From: an uncultured Corynebacterium sp. | Lineage (GTDB): Bacteria > Actinomycetota > Actinomycetes > Mycobacteriales > Mycobacteriaceae | Length of the DNA: 64,000 bases | Reading direction: 5' to 3' | NCBI RefSeq assembly: GCF_946222835.1 | Contig: NZ_CAMIHD010000002.1 | Coordinates: forward strand, 45,114 to 109,113 | Program-made: the position numbers and the translations under genes | Shown here: positions 9,212 through 19,605 of the stretch, piece after piece | Numbering within the stretch: position 1 is the first letter of the stretch | How the letters are laid out: the number at the start of each line of letters is the position of its first letter | Notes under the pieces: model-generated | The model's database searches: none | Seen by the model: only the letters and a program-made list of their open reading frames with translations | Told to the model about the DNA's origin: nothing

Positions 9212-10033
9212 TTAGACCTCCAGTGTTCCGCGCACGCGAATCTGGGCGCGACCACCCACCCAGATATCCGTGCCATCATCGTTGATAAAGATCTCGCCCG
9301 CTCGGCCTATCTGGCTGCCTTGTGTTGCGGTATAACGCGTTGGCACCAGGTTACGCGAGCGCATAAACTGCGCGGCGCCGCCATTGAAAGAACCGGTGAC
9401 TGGGTCTTCAAATTGCGTGGTAAAGGCCCGAACCTCATAGGCCGGCTCGCCGTCTGCGGCGTTGGGATTAAGGCCCACAACGCCGACCTTGGGGCGCTCG
9501 CCCTGGGGCTTAACCGCACGCACCGCCTCGGCATCGCGTAATTGGAGCAGGCGCCAGCCCGGGCCATTGTCCACCCAGCCATGGTCGACAATATCCGCGC
9601 TATCTAGCCCCAGCCCACCGCAGGCCTCCTTCAGATCCGCCGGGCTTAGCGGTTCTTCGTGGCGCAGCGGCGGGGTAGCAAAGGACAAGACTTCGCCCTC
9701 TTCGCGGACAGTTACCAAGCCCACGCCGCATTCTTGGACGATAGTTCCCTTTGTGCACGGGCTATTGCCCAGCGCCCTCCACGCGGCAGCACTGCCCAAG
9801 GTGGGGTGGCCGGCAAAATCAAACTCTTCGTACGGGGTGAAAATGCGCACGCGGTAGTCGGCGCGGGCGTCGTGAGGTTTGAGCAAAAAAGTAGTCTCAG
9901 AAAAGTTGGTCCAGTTCGCGATTGCTTGCATCTGCTCGGTACTTAGGCCATCGGCGCCCGCAATCACCGCCAAGGCATTGCCATTAAAGGCACCCGTGGC
10001 AAAAACATCAACCTCAAAGAACTCGTACTGCAT
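9212..10033 (-). CDS. PhzF-family isomerase-like protein
   Basis: 273-aa ORF with the PhzF/DapF fold signature. Its stop abuts the selO start, suggesting an operon. Confidence 0.7.
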   Translation of the reverse strand: MQYEFFEVDVFATGAFNGNALAVIAGADGLSTEQMQAIANWTNFSETTFLLKPHDARADYRVRIFTPYEEFDFAGHPTLGSAAAWRALGNSPCTKGTIVQECGVGLVTVREEGEVLSFATPPLRHEEPLSPADLKEACGGLGLDSADIVDHGWVDNGPGWRLLQLRDAEAVRAVKPQGERPKVGVVGLNPNAADGEPAYEVRAFTTQFEDPVTGSFNGGAAQFMRSRNLVPTRYTATQGSQIGRAGEIFINDDGTDIWVGGRAQIRVRGTLEV

Positions 10034-10100
10034 GCACGCCAGTCTAGTCAGCCCTAGGGATGAGGACGATTGCGCAGAGCCTGCGCTAACCTAGAAAGCC

Positions 10101-11285
10101 ATGAAGAAATTATGGCCGGATACCATTCGCGCGTGGGTGGGCCCGCCGTGGAGAATTATCATTCCGTTATTCTCCTGGATGTCTGCTGATCCTTATGCTT
10201 CCGATGTGATGGACAGGCATTCCCTTTTTCAAAAAATCGTCCTTGTTCTTTATGGCACGGTTGTCCCACTGGCGTTGTGGCTGCACCCTAAGTTAAAGGA
10301 GAAGGCAATAGGCGCGCTCGCCATAGTTTTTACCTTGTGCCTTTTCACCCCGCTAGCCGCGTTAAGTAACGTCCATACTTTTCCCTTGGCCTATTGCGTT
10401 TTCCTCATCGGGGCGCATTCCCCGAAGCGCCTGCACCGGGTGTGGATTGCCTGGATAGGGGTAGGCACCCTTTTTGCTGCTTGGGCGCAGCACTTTGGCA
10501 ACTCAGTTTTTAGCGGTATTGATTTTGGGCTCGAAGGGGAACAGATTGACCCCCTAGCTTCTTTCGCCTCAGTCGTTATTGTCGCATGGCCGGTTATGGG
10601 CTTTTTCTTCCTCCTTGGCACCAATGACCGGAAAAAACGCGAAGACCAGCAGCTGCTTATTGAGCGCGCGGAGATGGCCGGCGCAGTAGAGCGCAACCGC
10701 ATTGCTCGCGAAATGCATGACATCGTGGCACACAACCTCGCTGGGGTCATTGCGCTTGCCGACGGCGCCCGGTTCGCCGCCGCAAAGAATCCCGCCGCAG
10801 CCACAGAAGCTTTGGAGACCATCGCCTCTACCTCCCGCGATTCCCTCAAACAGATGCGCGGTTTGCTCTCCGTATTGCGTGATGGCGATTCCCGCGCCGA
10901 TACCAAGGCGCCTGGTGCAAGCGATATTGCAGGACTTATTTCGGAAGCGCGCCGGACCGGTTTCGATATCATTGTGCACGGGCTGGAGGATCTGCCGACC
11001 GAAAGCGACGAGCTATACCAGTTCACCGTCTACCGCGTGGTGCAAGAACTTTTGACCAATATGATCAAGCATTCGCGTGATAAAAGGGGAGTACTGCGCT
11101 TTCGCTCTACCGGAAATGGCTTAGTACTTAACGCCGATAACCCGGCCGCTCGTACGCCGAATAGTCACAATCCTGGCTACGGCCTCATCGGAATGAGCGA
11201 GCGCGTTAAGGCCTATGGTGGCAGCGTTGAGACCCGCACTGCGGACGGATATTTCTTTACTACCGTGGAGGTACCCAATGACTAA
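10101..11285 (+). CDS. two-component sensor histidine kinase (HisKA_3 / NarL-partner type)
   Basis: N-terminal multi-TM region, an H-box EMHDIVAHNLAGVIALADG typical of HisKA_3, and a C-terminal HATPase_c (GYGLIGMSERV). Confidence 0.85.
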   Translation: MKKLWPDTIRAWVGPPWRIIIPLFSWMSADPYASDVMDRHSLFQKIVLVLYGTVVPLALWLHPKLKEKAIGALAIVFTLCLFTPLAALSNVHTFPLAYCVFLIGAHSPKRLHRVWIAWIGVGTLFAAWAQHFGNSVFSGIDFGLEGEQIDPLASFASVVIVAWPVMGFFFLLGTNDRKKREDQQLLIERAEMAGAVERNRIAREMHDIVAHNLAGVIALADGARFAAAKNPAAATEALETIASTSRDSLKQMRGLLSVLRDGDSRADTKAPGASDIAGLISEARRTGFDIIVHGLEDLPTESDELYQFTVYRVVQELLTNMIKHSRDKRGVLRFRSTGNGLVLNADNPAARTPNSHNPGYGLIGMSERVKAYGGSVETRTADGYFFTTVEVPND

Positions 11286-12021
11286 CCCTGCGCAGCCAGC
11301 ATGCTCGCATACTGGCCCCATCCGCATTGGCTTGGTAGATGATCAGCCCCTCGTGCGCGCCGGGTTCGCTATGCTACTCGGCTCCCAAGAGGATTTAGAA
11401 GTTTCCTGGCAGGCATCCGATGGCGATGAAGTGCTTGATCTCGCCCGCGCGCAGCCCGCCGATATTGTGCTCATGGATGTCCAGATGGCCCGCGTCAACG
11501 GTATCGCCGCCACCGAAAGGCTGCTGCCAGAGTTTCCGGAGACCCAGGTCATTATGCTTACCACCTTCGATGATCAGGACTTTGTCCACGGCGCCATTTC
11601 CGCCGGGGCTTCTGGGTTCTTGCTGAAAGATGTAGAACCTGAAGAACTCCTCGCTGCTATTCGTACCGTGCATTCCGGCGAGGCGGTGCTTTCGCCGCGC
11701 ATTACCGCCCAGGTGCTGCAGCAACTACGCAGCGAACAGGCTGCTTCTAAGTCGCCCACCAACCAGGTGGAGCCCGTGGCGGCACCGACCGTCCCTCCGT
11801 CAGCAGACCTCACCCCACGCGAGCTTGACGTACTTAAGTTGATGGCGCTGGGGTATTCGAATACCGAAATCGCGGAGTGCGAGTTCGTATCCATGGCCAC
11901 GGTTAAGACCCACGTACGCCATATTCTTACTAAGACTAGCTCGCGCGACCGTGTGCATGCCGTGCTGTATGCCCTAACTCATGGCGTGGTCTCGGTGGAG
12001 GAGCTGCTGTCTCATCCCTAG
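11278..12021 (+). CDS. LuxR/NarL-family response regulator
   Basis: Receiver domain (IRIGLVDDQPLVRAG...DIVLMDVQM) plus a C-terminal LuxR HTH (LTPRELDVLKLMALGYSNTEIA). I moved the start to the ATG at 11278, which overlaps the kinase stop by 8 nt. Confidence 0.85.
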   Translation: MTNPAQPACSHTGPIRIGLVDDQPLVRAGFAMLLGSQEDLEVSWQASDGDEVLDLARAQPADIVLMDVQMARVNGIAATERLLPEFPETQVIMLTTFDDQDFVHGAISAGASGFLLKDVEPEELLAAIRTVHSGEAVLSPRITAQVLQQLRSEQAASKSPTNQVEPVAAPTVPPSADLTPRELDVLKLMALGYSNTEIAECEFVSMATVKTHVRHILTKTSSRDRVHAVLYALTHGVVSVEELLSHP

Positions 12022-12078
12022 GTATGACCTGCTAAATCACTCCCAAGGATGGTTACTTCGTGCTGGTCAGGCGGCACG

Positions 12079-12987
12079 ATGGAAACCATGCTCAAAGTTT
12101 CACACCTTTCCAAGAACTTCCGTTCCTTTAAAGCAGTAGATGACCTCTCCTTTGAGGTCCCAGACGGCCAAGTCACCGGCTTCCTCGGACCGAATGGTTC
12201 TGGCAAGTCCACCACCATGCGCATGTGCGTGGGCCTAGAGAATCCGACTTCCGGCACCGCGACCTTTGATGGCACGCCTTTCCGTGAACTGTCCAATCCT
12301 GCCACAACGGTGGGCACGTTGCTGGATGCCAACTGGTTCCACCCGGGCCGCAGCGCCCGTGCCCACCTGGGCTATATGGCTGCGTTGCAGGGCGCGGCCA
12401 TGGACCACGTGGATGACACCTTGGACCGCGTCGGCCTTACCCAGGTAGCCACCAAGCGTGTGGGCGGATACTCGCTGGGTATGAAGCAGCGCCTGGGCCT
12501 TGCCTGTGCGCTTATCGGCGAGCCGAAGCACTTGCTTCTCGATGAACCCGTCAACGGCCTCGATCCCGAAGGCGTGCACTGGATGCGTGCCCGCATCCGT
12601 GAGTTCGCCGAGGCCGGCTGCTCCGTGCTTGTCTCTTCCCACCTGCTTTCGGAAATGCAGCTAACCGCAGACCGCCTTGTGGTCATTGGCAAAGGCAAGC
12701 TGCTGGGTGAAGGCACCATGGATGAATTCATCAACGGAACTGGAGGCGCAAGCCTTGAAGTCATCGTTGACCAGCCCGATGAGCTCCTGCGCCTGTTGCA
12801 CGGCACCGATGCGGAGACCACCTTTGACGGTGAAGTCCTGCGCGTGCGCGGCCTAGAAGGCTCTGACATCGGCCGCATCTGCCTGGATAACCGCATTCTT
12901 ATCTCCAGCTTGGAACGCAAGCAGCCCTCCCTGGAAGAGGCCTACCTCGGCGCGACCGCCGACCACGTGGCCTACCGCTCCGCCTAA
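12079..12987 (+). CDS. ABC transporter ATP-binding protein
   Basis: Walker A GPNGSGKST, ABC signature YSLGMKQRL and Walker B LLLDEP. Confidence 0.85.
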   Translation: METMLKVSHLSKNFRSFKAVDDLSFEVPDGQVTGFLGPNGSGKSTTMRMCVGLENPTSGTATFDGTPFRELSNPATTVGTLLDANWFHPGRSARAHLGYMAALQGAAMDHVDDTLDRVGLTQVATKRVGGYSLGMKQRLGLACALIGEPKHLLLDEPVNGLDPEGVHWMRARIREFAEAGCSVLVSSHLLSEMQLTADRLVVIGKGKLLGEGTMDEFINGTGGASLEVIVDQPDELLRLLHGTDAETTFDGEVLRVRGLEGSDIGRICLDNRILISSLERKQPSLEEAYLGATADHVAYRSA

Positions 12988-13019
12988 ACGCACAACTCAA
13001 CCTTTAAGGACAGATTTCT

Positions 13020-13772
13020 ATGAATACTGTGGTTTCTGAATCCCGCAAGCTCCTTTCCCTGCGCTCTACCTGGGTCTACCTCGCCATCGTGGCACTCGGA
13101 ATGGCCGCCGGCGGCGTGCTTATGGCCTGGGGCTATGACTTCAACGGCACCGCGGACGGCAAGTTTCAATCCAGTGATGTCTTAGCTGCTAGTGACCTCG
13201 CCATGGTGGTGATGATCTTTGCCTCTGCGATGATGGTCGGCGGTGACTTAGGAAAAGGAACCGTTGCATGGTCTTATCTTTCATCCAACCGCCGCGTTGG
13301 CATAGTGCTCAGCCAATTCATAGTCATCTTGATATCACTCTTGCTCGCAGCCACGCTGGGCATGGCTGTGGGAACCCTGTTGATTGCGGCACTCGGTGGC
13401 GATATTGACTTCACAAGCTTTTATGAGTGGCCGGACTGCAACCGAGTAGTCTTTGCTTACCTGGAATGGACCGGCTTTAGCCTGCTGGCTATGGGGCTGG
13501 CTTATCTCCTGCGTAGCGGAACATTTGCCGCAATGATCCTCGTGGTGGAATTCTTTGTCCTAGAAACTGCGCTTATGGCCTTTGATACCTCCTGGGCAAA
13601 AGCGTTATTGAGCTGCCTGCCCTTCGCCAATATGCAGACCTTGGTCCTGGGTAGCGATTCCGGCCCTCTAGACCATTCCCGTGGCGTATCGGCTTTGATT
13701 CTGGGCGTAATGCTCGCAGTCTGCGTCGGGGGTGCATGCGTGGTATCCCGCCGCCGTTCTGTCGCCAAATAG
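13020..13772 (+). CDS. ABC-2 type transporter permease
   Basis: 250-aa ORF with six predicted hydrophobic helices, immediately downstream of the ATPase. Confidence 0.75.
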   Translation: MNTVVSESRKLLSLRSTWVYLAIVALGMAAGGVLMAWGYDFNGTADGKFQSSDVLAASDLAMVVMIFASAMMVGGDLGKGTVAWSYLSSNRRVGIVLSQFIVILISLLLAATLGMAVGTLLIAALGGDIDFTSFYEWPDCNRVVFAYLEWTGFSLLAMGLAYLLRSGTFAAMILVVEFFVLETALMAFDTSWAKALLSCLPFANMQTLVLGSDSGPLDHSRGVSALILGVMLAVCVGGACVVSRRRSVAK

Positions 13773-13799
13773 TACCCAGAAATAACTACGCTGGTGGGC

Positions 13800-15113
13800 A
13801 TGAGTGATGCACTTTTTGCCCGCCTAGAACCCATCCAGATCATGCGGGATGGTACGGTCAAACAGGTCAACCCGTTCTCCGGGACCGAGGTATGGACCGT
13901 GCCAGGCCGCGGCAACCGCCCTCTGTCCACGCCAGTGGTTAACCCGCAGCCCTTGCACGAAGAAGACTTCACCCACCGCTGCACGTTTTGCTCTGGGCGC
14001 ATGACTGATACCCCGCCGGAAAAGGCTCGTATTCTGCCTTCCGGCGGGATTGTCCGTGGATTGCCCTTGAGCGAATACGGCCACACTGTGCCGGCCTTTC
14101 GCCGCATCCCCAATCTGTTTGAAATCGTCTCCTATGACTATTGGCGCGCTAACTACGGCTTCGAAATGGATGTCGAGACCCGCCAGCGCATGGAAAACTA
14201 CCTTGCCGATCCTGTCGGCCGAGAGCACGTGCTCAAGATCGTGCGCACGAAGCGGAAGGCGGCGCACCTACCTGAAGCCAGTGAGGGAGATCTTGAAGAG
14301 CAGGCGGCAGGCTTCTTCGCGGGCGGTCACGACGTCATCGTGGCTGGCCGCCATTTTGAGCGCGGCGCACAGGATGATTCGCATTTGGCATCTTCGGGCA
14401 CCCTAAGCGTCGAAGAACACCTGCTCTTTATGCAGCTGACTATCGATGCCATGCGGGACCTCTACAATCGCAACCGCTACGCCCCGTACGTGGTGGCCTT
14501 CCAAAACTGGCTGCAGCCAGCCGGCGCCTCCTTTGAGCACCTGCACAAGCAGCTCGTTGCCATCGATGATCGCGGGATGGCCTCCCACCGAGAGGTACAG
14601 ATGCTGCGCAGCAATATGAACATGTACAACGAGTGGGCGGTGGACTATGCCGCTAGCCGTAACCTTGTCATTGCGGAAAACGATCACGCCGTCCTCTTCG
14701 CCGGCTTTGGCCACCGCTTTCCCACAGTGGAGATCTACTCCAAGTCCGCGACCTGTGAGCCGTGGCGGCAGTCGGAAGAAGAAATTCGCGCCATGAGCGA
14801 CCTAGTCCACGCCGCCCACGCTGCAGTGGGCCGCGAGGTGCCCTGTAATGAGGAGTGGCACCACAAGCCTGCCGATGTAGACGTTGCTCAACCATGGCGC
14901 ATCCTCATTAAGCTACGCATTTCTACCCTTGCCGGGTTCGAAGGAGGCACCAAAATTTACCTCAACACGATCTCGCCATGGGATCTGCGCGATAGGTTAG
15001 TAGGCCAGCTTTATCCCTTGCGCGAATCCGGGCACGTTGCCAGCTCAATTCGCGTAGCGACAGAGTGCTCATTGCAACGCAATAGCCTTCTTTATAACCC
15101 GCAGCTGCGCTAA
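13800..15113 (+). CDS. GalT-like / HIT-superfamily nucleotidyltransferase-like protein (uncharacterised)
   Basis: N-terminal CxxC (CTFCSG) resembles the GalT zinc site. The C-terminal half has FEHLHKQLV (HxHxQ), resembling the GalT/HIT catalytic motif. The two-lobed architecture is consistent with a GalT-type duplicated HIT fold. Confidence 0.5.
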   Translation: MSDALFARLEPIQIMRDGTVKQVNPFSGTEVWTVPGRGNRPLSTPVVNPQPLHEEDFTHRCTFCSGRMTDTPPEKARILPSGGIVRGLPLSEYGHTVPAFRRIPNLFEIVSYDYWRANYGFEMDVETRQRMENYLADPVGREHVLKIVRTKRKAAHLPEASEGDLEEQAAGFFAGGHDVIVAGRHFERGAQDDSHLASSGTLSVEEHLLFMQLTIDAMRDLYNRNRYAPYVVAFQNWLQPAGASFEHLHKQLVAIDDRGMASHREVQMLRSNMNMYNEWAVDYAASRNLVIAENDHAVLFAGFGHRFPTVEIYSKSATCEPWRQSEEEIRAMSDLVHAAHAAVGREVPCNEEWHHKPADVDVAQPWRILIKLRISTLAGFEGGTKIYLNTISPWDLRDRLVGQLYPLRESGHVASSIRVATECSLQRNSLLYNPQLR

Positions 15114-15143
15114 GCAGACCGAGCTGAGCAGATCGCGATTGGC

Positions 15144-15866
15144 TTAGCGCTTGACGACGAGCGTGAGTTCACTCGACCCAGGACCCGGTTCTTCAATGGT
15201 CATACCCGCGGCGCGCGCGATGGCGGCAACGTCGGCGGCGCTATAGGCGTCAGCAGGCGAGAGCGCTAACTTGCGGGCTAAAAGGCCCTTGTAGTGCTTA
15301 TTGAAGTGGCTGACCACCTTGCGTGATCCATCTTCTTGCACGCTTTCCACCCGTACCGTTACCGCATCCTTTACCCGGCCCAATTGCTGGTATGTACCCG
15401 AGCGAAGATCGACAATAAGCTCGTCTACCTTCTCCAAGGCTTGTGTAATTTGTTTTTTCCAGCGCGACTTCAGGGTCCGTCCACCCAGTTTTGTGCCACC
15501 CGAGAGCCGGTAATGGGGGATAGGGTCGCTGGCGCGGAGGACGCCAAAGAGGGCGTCGCCAATAGAAAGGCGATCCCACGTGGGAAGGCTAGGAGCATCC
15601 AAGGCATCAAATAGCACTCCGGTATATCGCAACACGGCCGGCATGGTGGGGGTGGTAAAGAGCCCCTGATTAGACTCAGCCTCACCGCGCAGCTTTTCCG
15701 AAAGCTTTAGCACCTCCATTGCTTCATCTACCGGAAGAGACTGCAGCTCAGCTGCAATTTCGCGCCGGGCATCGTTCAATACCGGAAAGGACAGCTGGCT
15801 AAAGTCAAGGGGTTGTCCCGTACCGCCGTGAGCCTTAGTTTCTGAAGGAGGGAGGATAATGAGCAT
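15144..15866 (-). CDS. yaaA: YaaA / DUF328 peroxide-stress family protein
   Basis: Starts MLIILPPSETKA, like YaaA (MLILISPAKTL). The start choice 15866 versus 15899 is uncertain. It lies divergent from proS. Confidence 0.7.
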   Translation of the reverse strand: MLIILPPSETKAHGGTGQPLDFSQLSFPVLNDARREIAAELQSLPVDEAMEVLKLSEKLRGEAESNQGLFTTPTMPAVLRYTGVLFDALDAPSLPTWDRLSIGDALFGVLRASDPIPHYRLSGGTKLGGRTLKSRWKKQITQALEKVDELIVDLRSGTYQQLGRVKDAVTVRVESVQEDGSRKVVSHFNKHYKGLLARKLALSPADAYSAADVAAIARAAGMTIEEPGPGSSELTLVVKR

Positions 15867-15897
15867 ATATACAGGGTAGCGGGGTATATTTTTGTGC

Positions 15898-17667
15898 ATG
15901 ATTACCCGCCTTTCTGAACTATTTCTCCGTACCCTTCGTGAGGACCCCGCCGATGCCGAGGTCCCTAGCCACAAGCTGCTGGTGCGCGCCGGATATGTAC
16001 GCCGTGTCGCGCCGGGCGTTTATACCTGGCTGCCGTTGGGCCTGCGTACCCTGCGCAAGATTGAAGACGTAGTCCGTCAGGAAATGGATGCCATTGGCGG
16101 CCAAGAAATGCTGTTTCCCGCCTTGCTGCCGCGCGAGCCTTATGAGAAAACCAACCGTTGGGTTGAATACGGCGATAACCTCTTCCGCCTGAACGACCGC
16201 AAGAACGCAGATATGCTGCTTGGCCCTACCCACGAGGAAATGTTCGCCAACGCGGTCAAGGATATGTACTCCTCTTATAAGGATTTCCCGGTTACGCTGT
16301 ACCAGATTCAGACCAAGTACCGCGACGAGGAGCGCCCCCGCGCTGGTGTGCTGCGCGGCCGTGAGTTCACCATGAAGGATTCCTATTCCTTCGACATGAC
16401 CGATGAGGGCTTGGACGAGTCCTATGGCCGCCACCGCAAGGCGTATCAAAATATCTTCAAACGCCTAGAGATCGATTACGCCATCTGTAAGGCCACCTCT
16501 GGTGCCATGGGAGGCTCCGCCTCCGAGGAATTCCTCGCCGTATCTGAGGTGGGCGAGGATACTTTTGTACGCTGCACCGAGGGCGACTATGCGGCCAATG
16601 TCGAGGCCGTGGTTACCCCAGCACCGGCGGAGAAGGACATCGAGGGCCAGCCAGAGGCACAGGAGCATGACACCCCGGGAGCAGAGACCATTGAGAAGCT
16701 GGTCGAATGGGCTCAGGGTGCGGGTATTACTGTCGACGGCCGCGAGGCCACGGCCGCAAATACCCTCAAGTGCATGATGGTCAAGCTCTACCACCCGGCC
16801 GTGGAGAGCGAAGAGCGCGAGTCCGAGTTGGCTGCCGTTCTCATCCCTGGCGATCGCGAGTTGGATGAAAAGCGTCTCGAGGCCGCACTCGAGCCGGTGG
16901 AGTTTGAGTTGGCAGGGGATAAGGACTTTGCTGACAATGACTTCTTGGTCAAGGGCTATGTTGGCCCGCGCGCTTTGAACGCCAATGGCATCAAGATCCT
17001 GGCCGATCCGCGCGTGGTCAAGGGCACGGCGTGGATTACCGGTGCCGATGCGAGCGAGCGCCACGTGGTTGGCTGCGTGGCCGGCCGCGATTTCACCGTG
17101 GATGAGTTCATTGAGGCCGCAGAGGTTAAAGAAGGCGACCTGGCTCCTGAAAACCACGGCACCTTGACCTTGGAGCGCGGCATTGAGCTCGGTCATATCT
17201 TCCAGCTGGGCCGCAAGTACACCGAGGCCTTTGATGTCCAGATTTTGGACGAAAACGGCAAGCGCGCCGTTCCTACCATGGGGTCCTATGGCATTGGCAT
17301 TACCCGCATGCTGGCCGTCCTGGCCGAGCAGCGCCACGATGACAAGGGCCTCAATTGGCCAGTAGCTGTTGCGCCGTACCAGGTACACGTAGCCGTGGCT
17401 AATAAGGACGCCGCCGCTATGGAGGCTGGCGACAAACTGGTAGAAGAGCTCTCCGCCAAGGGGCTCGAGGTGCTCTTCGATGACCGTCCGAAGGTTTCCC
17501 CAGGTGTGAAATTCAAGGATGCAGAGCTACTTGGCATGCCATTCGTGGCAATCTTGGGCCGCGCCTTCAAGGACGGCAAGATCGAGTTGCGTATCCGCGG
17601 CGGAGAGACCCTGGAGGTCCCGGCGGAGGAAATCGTGGACAAGATTTTTGAGCTGGTTCGCGGTTAG
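15898..17667 (+). CDS. proS: prolyl-tRNA synthetase (class II, bacterial type with editing domain)
   Basis: About 590 aa with class II motifs and the characteristic ProRS N-terminus [22 protein letters not shown]. Confidence 0.95.
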   Translation: MITRLSELFLRTLREDPADAEVPSHKLLVRAGYVRRVAPGVYTWLPLGLRTLRKIEDVVRQEMDAIGGQEMLFPALLPREPYEKTNRWVEYGDNLFRLNDRKNADMLLGPTHEEMFANAVKDMYSSYKDFPVTLYQIQTKYRDEERPRAGVLRGREFTMKDSYSFDMTDEGLDESYGRHRKAYQNIFKRLEIDYAICKATSGAMGGSASEEFLAVSEVGEDTFVRCTEGDYAANVEAVVTPAPAEKDIEGQPEAQEHDTPGAETIEKLVEWAQGAGITVDGREATAANTLKCMMVKLYHPAVESEERESELAAVLIPGDRELDEKRLEAALEPVEFELAGDKDFADNDFLVKGYVGPRALNANGIKILADPRVVKGTAWITGADASERHVVGCVAGRDFTVDEFIEAAEVKEGDLAPENHGTLTLERGIELGHIFQLGRKYTEAFDVQILDENGKRAVPTMGSYGIGITRMLAVLAEQRHDDKGLNWPVAVAPYQVHVAVANKDAAAMEAGDKLVEELSAKGLEVLFDDRPKVSPGVKFKDAELLGMPFVAILGRAFKDGKIELRIRGGETLEVPAEEIVDKIFELVRG

Positions 17668-17707
17668 ACAGGCACACAATTATCCGCACCGGGGTACCGT
17701 GGAAAGC

Positions 17708-18070
17708 ATGAACTTCCAAAAGAATGGGCTTTCCACGGTGCTTTCCGCCATGGGTGTACTTCACTTTGTGAAGCCGAAAACATTCGAATCCATCGTCCCA
17801 CCGCAACTGCCCGGCCCTGCACGGTTTTATAATTTTGCTTCTGGTCTCTGGGAGATAGCCACCGGCGCGTTGCTGCGGCGCCGCGCTACCCGTGGGTTCG
17901 GTGGTGCTTCTGCGTTTGCGCTCTTTGCTGCTGTGTGGCCAGCCAATATGTACCACGCGTGGATCGAGCGCAAGGCAGGATGGCCGAAGAAGATTTACCA
18001 CATCATTCGCCAGCCGCTGCAGGTGCTGCTGATGATGTATGCCTGGAATATCGCCAAGCATGAGGCCTAA
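17708..18070 (+). CDS. small integral membrane protein
   Basis: 120-aa ORF with three hydrophobic segments. I moved the start to the ATG at 17708, which has a GGAAAG SD. The upstream part of the long ORF overlaps the proS 3' end. Confidence 0.55.
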   Translation: MNFQKNGLSTVLSAMGVLHFVKPKTFESIVPPQLPGPARFYNFASGLWEIATGALLRRRATRGFGGASAFALFAAVWPANMYHAWIERKAGWPKKIYHIIRQPLQVLLMMYAWNIAKHEA

Positions 18071-18122
18071 AGCCATAAACACTACGTCCTAGCCTGATAG
18101 CAGTGAGATTGGGACGCAGCGC

Positions 18123-18186
18123 AAAAGCCGGCCTCCTCCCAGCCCCACGAGAATTACGCGGGGTGAGGGAGGAGGCCGGCTTTTCA
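18123..18186. terminator. bidirectional Rho-independent terminator between the membrane protein gene (+) and rpf (-)
   Basis: 18-bp GC-rich stem AAAAGCCGGCCTCCTCCC ... GGGAGGAGGCCGGCTTTT, flanked by A-tract 5' and T-tract 3'. Confidence 0.7.
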
Positions 18187-18206
18187 ATTCCTGCCGGAGC
18201 TAGAGA

Positions 18207-18566
<360 letters not shown>

Positions 18567-18715
18567 CTAGCTTGCGGAATCTCCTGCAAGCTCATGGTCG
18601 CCCAACTTACGCACGTTTGAAGAGTCGATGCAATGCATGCGGCCGTAAAGGTTGCTGTTTTTCTACTGTCGCGCGTTCAGTGGATGTACAGGTGGGCTGG
18701 CAGGGTAGTGGTGTC

Positions 18716-19567
18716 TTAGTGCATCCCGTGGGATTCGGCGGCTATGCCAACCAGCCAGGTGACCCACTCTTGGTCCGGAGACGCTTCCTGTGCTGCATTC
18801 GTGGCAGCGGCTGACCATTTGCGTCCGTCGCGATCGGCAAGGCCATTGATAAAATCCAGTGCAGAGGCGGAATCGTGGGGTAGTTCTTGTTCCCCCGAGG
18901 TATAGGCCGGTTCTGGCTGCGGAATAGTGCCATAGCGGGCAAGCGCATCTTGGAGGGCGTCGATGCGGCGGTGGTGGACTGCTAGGCGATGATCCACATC
19001 GTCTTCATGCTCCGGACCCACGTAAGCGCGGGCGAAATCTAGGCCGTATACCTGCTCGTATTCCCAGGCAAGGAGATCGGCAGCGCCTTTTTGCTCCGGT
19101 TGGGAAAGCTCGGGGATATCGGGGGCATCGCCTGGCAACCAAGCATTGAGGGCAATGGCTTGTTCAGTAACGAGCGTGCGTGATTCAACGGTGACTTCAT
19201 CGGCCGCCTCTGTTGTTGCGGAGGCGGCATTTTCCATAATTTCGCCAGAGTCTGCCGCGTGATTGGCCTCGGTAGGACGCTCTACCTCGCAGGAGCGTGG
19301 GGGATTGCCAGCATCATCCGTGCCGCATAACCGCGTAATTTCGGCATAAAGGGCGTCCGCCTGGGAGCTGCGCAGCCCTGCGGCATGGTCATCGACGCCG
19401 CTGAGGGACAAGGCGTCGGTGGCGGCGGCGTCGGCAAGCGCCAGTAGCCTGCTTTCTGGCCGCGGGCCAAAATAGTCGACGACGGAATCAACCGCTTGGC
19501 ACCCAGTCAAGGCGGGCAGGGTGGCGGTTGTGGCTACGAGGGTTAAAGCTATACGTCGGCGGTTCAC
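18716..19567 (-). CDS. lipoprotein (hypothetical)
   Basis: Signal peptide with the lipobox LTGC (RRRIALTLVATTATLPALTGC). I moved the start to the GTG at 19567 so the gene does not overlap the divergent rimP. Confidence 0.6.
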   Translation of the reverse strand: MNRRRIALTLVATTATLPALTGCQAVDSVVDYFGPRPESRLLALADAAATDALSLSGVDDHAAGLRSSQADALYAEITRLCGTDDAGNPPRSCEVERPTEANHAADSGEIMENAASATTEAADEVTVESRTLVTEQAIALNAWLPGDAPDIPELSQPEQKGAADLLAWEYEQVYGLDFARAYVGPEHEDDVDHRLAVHHRRIDALQDALARYGTIPQPEPAYTSGEQELPHDSASALDFINGLADRDGRKWSAAATNAAQEASPDQEWVTWLVGIAAESHGMH

Positions 19568-19605
19568 GCAAAAGACTGTACCCCGTAGCACGTAGGCTAG
19601 TGGGC

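Noticed and set aside
15866-15899. Alternative yaaA start at 15899 ([16 protein letters not shown]) with a GAAAGG SD.
   Set aside because: It would make the yaaA start overlap the divergent proS ATG (15898) on the opposite strand. The start at 15866 matches the canonical YaaA N-terminus, though it lacks an SD. Uncertainty is noted in the feature.
17760-17790. tRNA-like T-loop motif TTCGAATCC at about 17771.
   Set aside because: It lies inside a coding region with no complementary acceptor stem or anticodon arm nearby. No other tRNA-like elements were seen in the window.
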